Positions 15,676 to 20,000 of a stretch of 20,000 bases of DNA are shown in pieces (position 1 is the first letter of the stretch; each line of letters begins with the position of its first letter). The stretch lies in IMG/VR virus record IMGVR_UViG_3300047445_000292; one strand, given 5' to 3'. The stretch comes from an uncultured virus (IMG/VR IMGVR_UViG_3300047445_000292) (Duplodnaviria; Heunggongvirae; Uroviricota; Caudoviricetes). Below the pieces are notes generated by a model. It was not told the origin of the DNA, did not search any database, and saw nothing but the letters and a program-made list of their open reading frames with translations. The translations under genes and the position numbers were made by a program.

Positions 15676-15722
15676 CCCTACGGCCCAGCCAAGCCCCACG
15701 GCCCAGCCAAGCCCCACGGCCC
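15676..15722. repeat. 18 bp tandem repeat CCC(C/T)ACGGCCCAGCCAAG, about 2.6 copies
   Basis: Read directly. Confidence 0.9.
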
Positions 15723-15756
15723 CGCTGTGCCTGTCACAACCGCAAGGAGAACCACC

Positions 15757-16068
15757 ATGACTGTGACCACCTGCGCCACCCCGACCGACCAGATCCGCGC
15801 CTTCAACACCGGCCGCACCTACACCGCCAAGGGCCAGCGCATTGCCTACGCCGAAATCAGCCGCGACGACGACCCGCACCTGCCGCTTGCCGCCGTGGTG
15901 TTCGTCGACGTGGACCGCCACATCGACGGCCTGATCAACGTGCCGGCCTACCCCAACGAACCGGTCAGCAACCGTGCCCTGCTGCACGCCTATGACCACG
16001 GCGGCTACGTCTACAGCGCCGACCGCGCCCTGTTGGCCCAGCTCAAGGCCGCGGCCGAGGCGCTGTGA
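15757..16068 (+). CDS. Conserved phage hypothetical protein (FNTGRxYTxxGQRI motif)
   Basis: ATG at 15757 with AAGGAG RBS. Confidence 0.8.
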   Translation: MTVTTCATPTDQIRAFNTGRTYTAKGQRIAYAEISRDDDPHLPLAAVVFVDVDRHIDGLINVPAYPNEPVSNRALLHAYDHGGYVYSADRALLAQLKAAAEAL

Positions 16069-16110
16069 CCCGCACCCCCTGCCTACGAAGGCAACGAAGG
16101 AGTCACTGCC

Positions 16111-16314
16111 ATGACCCACCAAGACCCCAAAGGCCAGTTCGTCCTGCTCGCCCCGCAGGAAGCCACCGACAGCACGGGCAAGCCGTTCGCCAAGCTGCTG
16201 GCCAGCTTCAAGCGCCGGCAGGACGCCTTGGCCTTCCTGCGCAACCGCCACCGCCCAGGTGAACAGGTCCTCGGGCGCAATGCCGCCCTGCGCCAGTTCG
16301 CCCTGATCGGCTGA
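16111..16314 (+). CDS. Hypothetical protein
   Basis: 67 aa, AAGGAG RBS. Confidence 0.7.
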   Translation: MTHQDPKGQFVLLAPQEATDSTGKPFAKLLASFKRRQDALAFLRNRHRPGEQVLGRNAALRQFALIG

Positions 16315-16362
16315 GAAGGGTTCGACGTACATACCACGCATACCCTGTACTACGTGGTATGA

Positions 16363-16404
16363 CATGAACCATGAACTCACAATTCATGGTTCACAATTCA
16401 CAAA
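16363..16404. repeat. Heptamer array CATGAAC-CATGAAC-TCACAAT-TCATGGT-TCACAAT-TCACAAA
   Basis: Read directly; contains an 11 bp inverted repeat 16365-16375 / 16383-16393. Confidence 0.9.
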
Positions 16405-16416
16405 AGGAAGGCCGCC

Positions 16417-16650
16417 ATGCTCGACTACCTGCTGCACCTGTACGGCGACACCGCGCTGTACCTGTACGCCCTGCTCAACCAGTACCTGTTCCCGGAGCTG
16501 GCCCTTGTCGTCGCGGCGACGTGGCCGGCGTTGATCTGCATGGTCCTGCTGGGCGGCGTGTTGCTGTACTTCACCTGGCAGGACCGCCGCACCCTCAACC
16601 GCCACCTCAACCGCCGGCTGGAGCAGGTGCGCCAGCAGCTGGGCGAGTAA
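16417..16650 (+). CDS. Small membrane protein
   Basis: Long hydrophobic stretch LALVVAATWPALICMVLLGGVLLYF; AAGGAAGG RBS. Confidence 0.75.
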   Translation: MLDYLLHLYGDTALYLYALLNQYLFPELALVVAATWPALICMVLLGGVLLYFTWQDRRTLNRHLNRRLEQVRQQLGE

Positions 16651-16667
16651 GTTCGCTCCCACAGGGG

Positions 16668-16702
16668 CATGAACCATGAAGTCACAATTCACAATTCACA
16701 AA
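16668..16702. repeat. Heptamer array CATGAAC-CATGAAG-TCACAAT-TCACAAT-TCACAAA
   Basis: Read directly. Confidence 0.9.
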
Positions 16703-16717
16703 CCCGGAGTAAGCCCC

Positions 16718-17182
16718 ATGAAGACTCTGCACACCTGCAACGACCTGACTGCCTTCGGCGTCCACCCGCTCACCGGCGAGGCCGACGCCTATGGCCGTCG
16801 CGTGCTCTGTGACCTGAGCCAAGAAGGGGTGATCCTGCTCACCGCCTACTTTGGCCTGAGCCACACCATCGAGGCCGGCCGGGCCTTCCCGGCCAACTGG
16901 AACAGCTGGGTCGGCGAGCAGCCGGCCGTGGCCTGCGTGATGCTGGCTCGGGGGGTCATGCAGGACCTGATGGTGTTCGCCCTGCTGCACGTCGGCCGGT
17001 TCGACTACGTCTATGAAGAGGTCGGGCTGGTCGTCGGCTTCAATGAAGCGGACGAACCCGCGCTGGCCTACTACCGCGAGCGCGAGACGGGCGGCCACCT
17101 GCACCAGAACGCGGCCAAGCGCTGCCGTAACGTGCAGGTCGACGGCCGCAACGTCCACGCCATGAGTGGCCGGGTTCTCTAA
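16718..17182 (+). CDS. Conserved hypothetical protein (LTGEA..Y.RR.LCDL motif)
   Basis: ATG at 16718 with GGAG RBS. Confidence 0.75.
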   Translation: MKTLHTCNDLTAFGVHPLTGEADAYGRRVLCDLSQEGVILLTAYFGLSHTIEAGRAFPANWNSWVGEQPAVACVMLARGVMQDLMVFALLHVGRFDYVYEEVGLVVGFNEADEPALAYYRERETGGHLHQNAAKRCRNVQVDGRNVHAMSGRVL

Positions 17183-17229
17183 CCTGCCCCCCAGCCTTAC
17201 ACTGACCACCCCAAGAAGGAGACACTGCC

Positions 17230-17640
17230 ATGTCCAACCTGACCCCCCACGCCCAGCTGGTCGCCATCGACGCCCGCCTGACGTTCCACTACGTGCAAGG
17301 CTGGCGCGGCGAAGACCGCTGGGCGCCCATGACCACCGCCCGCCTGACCCGTGGCGTGCTGCTGGCCCACGACGATGAGGACTACAGCACCACCCACCGC
17401 CACCTGCTAACCTTCGGCCCGCGTGGCTGGCAGGAAGCGAAACAGGTGTACCGGCGCCTGCTGCCGCGCAAGGACCGGCCGACCTTTGTGCGCTGGCTGG
17501 GCCGCATGGTCAGCGAACACTTCGCCTTCGGCTGCCGCTGTGAACACGACTGCTGTGGCCACCAGATCGGCAGCGCCAGCGCCACCTACCTTGGCCGCCG
17601 CCGGTTCAGTGTCGAACGCCACACCACCCGCAACGTGTAG
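17230..17640 (+). CDS. Hypothetical protein with CxCxHDCCG putative metal-binding motif
   Basis: GCRCEHDCCGH; AAGGAG RBS. Confidence 0.8.
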   Translation: MSNLTPHAQLVAIDARLTFHYVQGWRGEDRWAPMTTARLTRGVLLAHDDEDYSTTHRHLLTFGPRGWQEAKQVYRRLLPRKDRPTFVRWLGRMVSEHFAFGCRCEHDCCGHQIGSASATYLGRRRFSVERHTTRNV

Positions 17641-17682
17641 GCCACCGCCTGCACCCTGACCACCCCCGCAAGGATCACTGCC

Positions 17683-18111
17683 ATGATCAAACTCGACGAC
17701 CTCACCCACTGCTTCTACGTGCCCGGCGCCGGCAACATCATCGACACCGCGTTCAAGAATGAAGCCGGCGAATACGTCAGCCACATCCACCGTATGAACC
17801 TGATGCAGATGCGCGACGAACGCCCCGACGTGGTGTTGGGCGTGCTCGATGACTGGATTGAAAAGGAAGAACAGCGCCTGATCGGCACCCCCGAGGCAAT
17901 CACCAAGGAGGTGTGGTGGGAAGCGCTGGAATGCCTGCCGCCGGAGAGCTGGCAGAACAACGGCGGCGGCGAATCGTTCGTCATGAGCGAGTATTACAGC
18001 GGCCGGATCACCTCCATCTACGTGCGCCTGGGCGAGCGCTATTTCACCTGGCACGACGTGTGCTGCCTGCCGCACCTCGACCGGCTGGCGAAGGCCCGCA
18101 CGGCGCTGTGA
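17683..18111 (+). CDS. Hypothetical protein, DUF1419-like C-terminal region
   Basis: IT...WWEALECLPP..W....ESF.MSE...G.IT..Y...GERYF; AAGGA RBS. Confidence 0.7.
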   Translation: MIKLDDLTHCFYVPGAGNIIDTAFKNEAGEYVSHIHRMNLMQMRDERPDVVLGVLDDWIEKEEQRLIGTPEAITKEVWWEALECLPPESWQNNGGGESFVMSEYYSGRITSIYVRLGERYFTWHDVCCLPHLDRLAKARTAL

Positions 18112-18113
18112 AT

Positions 18114-18140
18114 TCATGGTTCACAATTCACAATTCACAG
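18114..18140. repeat. Heptamer array TCATGGT-TCACAAT-TCACAAT-TCACAG
   Basis: Read directly. Confidence 0.9.
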
Positions 18141-18160
18141 CCCGAGAAGGGGACGCCACG

Positions 18161-18535
18161 ATGAAACGCACCAAAAAAGAGGTCACGGCCTACCGCCAGG
18201 CGGCGCTGGCCATCCTGCGCCAGTTCGGCGCGCAGGTGAACGAAGCCAACCACCGCGATTACGTGGTAGCCACGCGCCTCGGCCCGCTGTACGTCAGCGT
18301 GTGGGACAACATGCTGCCGTGCAAATTCGAAGACGTGGTGCAGGCCCGTGCCGAGCTGCCGCACGCCTACCACGACCGCCTCAACCCGTTCTCCGGCAAG
18401 TGGAATTTCAACGGCGGCCTGAGCCATGACGGCGACATGACCGACCTCGCGCACTTCCAGCACGAACTGCGCCGCCTGCTGCCCGAAGGCTACCAACCCA
18501 ACCCCGACCTGCCACTGGTCCCCTACGAGGGCTGA
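18161..18535 (+). CDS. Conserved hypothetical protein (RLNPFSGKWNF motif)
   Basis: ATG at 18161 with AAGGGGA RBS. Confidence 0.75.
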   Translation: MKRTKKEVTAYRQAALAILRQFGAQVNEANHRDYVVATRLGPLYVSVWDNMLPCKFEDVVQARAELPHAYHDRLNPFSGKWNFNGGLSHDGDMTDLAHFQHELRRLLPEGYQPNPDLPLVPYEG

Positions 18536-18538
18536 GCC

Positions 18539-18988
18539 ATGAATCGCGAACGCCTGGAACTGATGGTCACCCTGCTCGCCGAAGTCGAGGCCGGCACTTG
18601 GGAACCGAGCGGCACCGGCCTCGACCCGTTGCCGCCGGGGATGCAACCCACCCACCGCTTCGTCATGGTCGACTGGTTCGACAACACCCTGCCCGACTGT
18701 GGCTTCGCCGCCTGCGCGGTGGGCCACGCCTGTCTGGACGCCCGCTTCAACGAACTGGGCCTGTTCATGCAATGGGATGGCCCGGGTCAGTCACCTGCCC
18801 CGGCGTACATCCACAACGGGCGCCAGCACCGCTCTTGGGCCGCCGTGGGCCGGTTCTTCGACCTCACCCCGGTGCAGGAGGACTACCTGTTCGACGGCGA
18901 CAAATACCCCTACGACAAGAAGCGCGACCCGGCCGCCGTGCGCCAGCGGATCGAGCAAGCCCTAGCCAAGAAGGAACCGCACCAATGA
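18539..18988 (+). CDS. Phage hypothetical protein with CGxxACxxG motif
   Basis: DCGFAACAVGHA; GAGG RBS. Confidence 0.75.
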   Translation: MNRERLELMVTLLAEVEAGTWEPSGTGLDPLPPGMQPTHRFVMVDWFDNTLPDCGFAACAVGHACLDARFNELGLFMQWDGPGQSPAPAYIHNGRQHRSWAAVGRFFDLTPVQEDYLFDGDKYPYDKKRDPAAVRQRIEQALAKKEPHQ

Positions 18989-19332
18989 CCATCCTGCGCA
19001 CTGACCTGCACGCCCCACCCGGCACCGTGTGGCACACCGCCGCCCCGGCCGAGCGGTTCCGCGCCATGTTCCTGACCCTGCGCGAGTACAACAGCAACGG
19101 CCTGCTGGCCCTGCTGGAGGACCCGGCCTGCGAACCGCTGCTGGCCAAGGCGGTGCGCGAAACCCTGAACGACGCCAGCCCGTGGTGGGCTGGCGAAGAG
19201 TACCAAGAGGTGTGCGCCTGGCTGGACGTGCTGATGCAGGCCTGCGCTCCGGCCGACCATTACTGGGGGCCACACCCCAACGACCCCAACAACCACGGCT
19301 ACTGGCCGATCAAGCAGGAACCGTCCAAATGA
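18985..19332 (+). CDS. Conserved phage hypothetical protein
   Basis: ATGA overlap, AAGGA RBS; AP..HYWGPHP.D...HGYW C-terminal motif. Confidence 0.75.
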   Translation: MTILRTDLHAPPGTVWHTAAPAERFRAMFLTLREYNSNGLLALLEDPACEPLLAKAVRETLNDASPWWAGEEYQEVCAWLDVLMQACAPADHYWGPHPNDPNNHGYWPIKQEPSK

Positions 19333-19760
19333 CCCTCAAGCGCGACGACCATGAGTCGAACTTTCACGCCCACCCCCGGCACATCGTGATCCGCTTTCAG
19401 GACCGCACGCTGGAGCTGGGCACGCCGTACCCGGCGGACTGCCTGGAAGTGGACGACTTCAACCTCGGCACCCTGACCCTTTTCATGCGCCGGGCCAGAG
19501 GCACCTACTACCAGCTGGACACGGCGACCCCGCCACTGACCCGGCTGCTGGCACAGGAAAGCCTCGAAATCGACATCAGCCAGCCGTTCCCGGCTGCGCC
19601 TGACCCGGCCTTCGACGCCCTGCGCCAGCAGGCCAAGCGCGCCCTGTTCGAAGCCGAACAAACCTTCCCCGGCATTGCCGATCGCCCGCAAATGCAGGCG
19701 CTGCGCGACCTGCTGGGCCTCGGTGAAGCCCCACCACCTGAAAAGGACCCTTACGCATGA
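19329..19760 (+). CDS. Hypothetical protein
   Basis: ATGA overlap at 19329, AGGA RBS. Confidence 0.7.
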   Translation: MTLKRDDHESNFHAHPRHIVIRFQDRTLELGTPYPADCLEVDDFNLGTLTLFMRRARGTYYQLDTATPPLTRLLAQESLEIDISQPFPAAPDPAFDALRQQAKRALFEAEQTFPGIADRPQMQALRDLLGLGEAPPPEKDPYA

Positions 19761-19930
19761 ACCCGACCGACGAAGACTTTGTGCAGTATTGCCGCACCCT
19801 CACCGACGCCCAGCTGGTGGAGGTGCTGCGCAAGGAATGGCAGGCCCACGACCACCGCGACTACGGTTCCGCCGTGGTCGCGGCCGGCGAGCGTGGCTGG
19901 TTCGTGCAAGATGGCCAGCGCATCAACTAA
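19757..19930 (+). CDS. Hypothetical protein, 57 aa (MNPTDEDFVQYCRTLTDAQL...), not in the ORF track
   Basis: ATGA overlap, AAGGA RBS, TAA at 19928-19930. Confidence 0.7.
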   Translation: MNPTDEDFVQYCRTLTDAQLVEVLRKEWQAHDHRDYGSAVVAAGERGWFVQDGQRIN

Positions 19931-19957
19931 CCCACCCGAGAAGGGAGCCATACCCCC

Positions 19958-20000
19958 ATGAGCCTGAAAACTTCCCTGCAATTCACCTTGACCCTTACCG
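19958..20000 (+). CDS. 5' fragment of the next gene (MSLKTSLQFT...)
   Basis: ATG after GGGAG RBS, open to the window end. Confidence 0.5.
   Translation, partial: MSLKTSLQFTLTLT

Larger units (their letters stand above)
1..20000. mobile_element. Segment of a large temperate phage / phage-plasmid
   Basis: GH108 lysozyme, many short translationally coupled phage-type ORFs, plasmid-type Rep with flanking repeats, serine resolvase, csrA homologue; no housekeeping genes. No virion genes lie in the window, so phage versus plasmid is unresolved. Confidence 0.75.

Noticed and set aside
16363..18140. Heptamer arrays as a CRISPR array
   Set aside because: Units are 7 bp without unique spacers, arrays are separated by whole genes, and no cas genes are present.

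Overview
GC-rich, densely coding accessory DNA that looks like a large temperate phage or phage-plasmid, probably from Pseudomonas or a related gammaproteobacterium (inferred from an RsmA/CsrA homologue and a Pseudomonas-style boxA). Layout: (1) a leftward operon with a GH108 lysozyme (1-1643); (2) a ~1 kb non-coding, hairpin-rich region followed by csrA and a long rightward operon of small phage-type genes, including two stand-alone CapW/BrxR-like winged-helix domains, a vWA protein and a HicA-like/XRE pair (2699-7418); (3) a RepL-like replication gene flanked by two different repeat clusters (7530-8551); (4) a leftward, translationally coupled array of nine divergent small helical ORFs that appear to be paralogues (9293-12047), preceded by a ~730 nt structured leader; (5) a divergent, compositionally distinct early-type unit with promoter, boxA and hairpins (12780-14313); (6) a serine resolvase with a res-like inverted repeat; (7) a rightward run of small hypothetical genes separated by heptamer repeats and a shared RBS motif (15757-20000). 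The strongest novelty candidates are the nine-gene paralogue array, the WYL-less CapW-like pair, the putative large structured RNA upstream of csrA and the dispersed TCACAAT/TCATGGT heptamer arrays. All family assignments come from motif recognition by eye; no searches were run.
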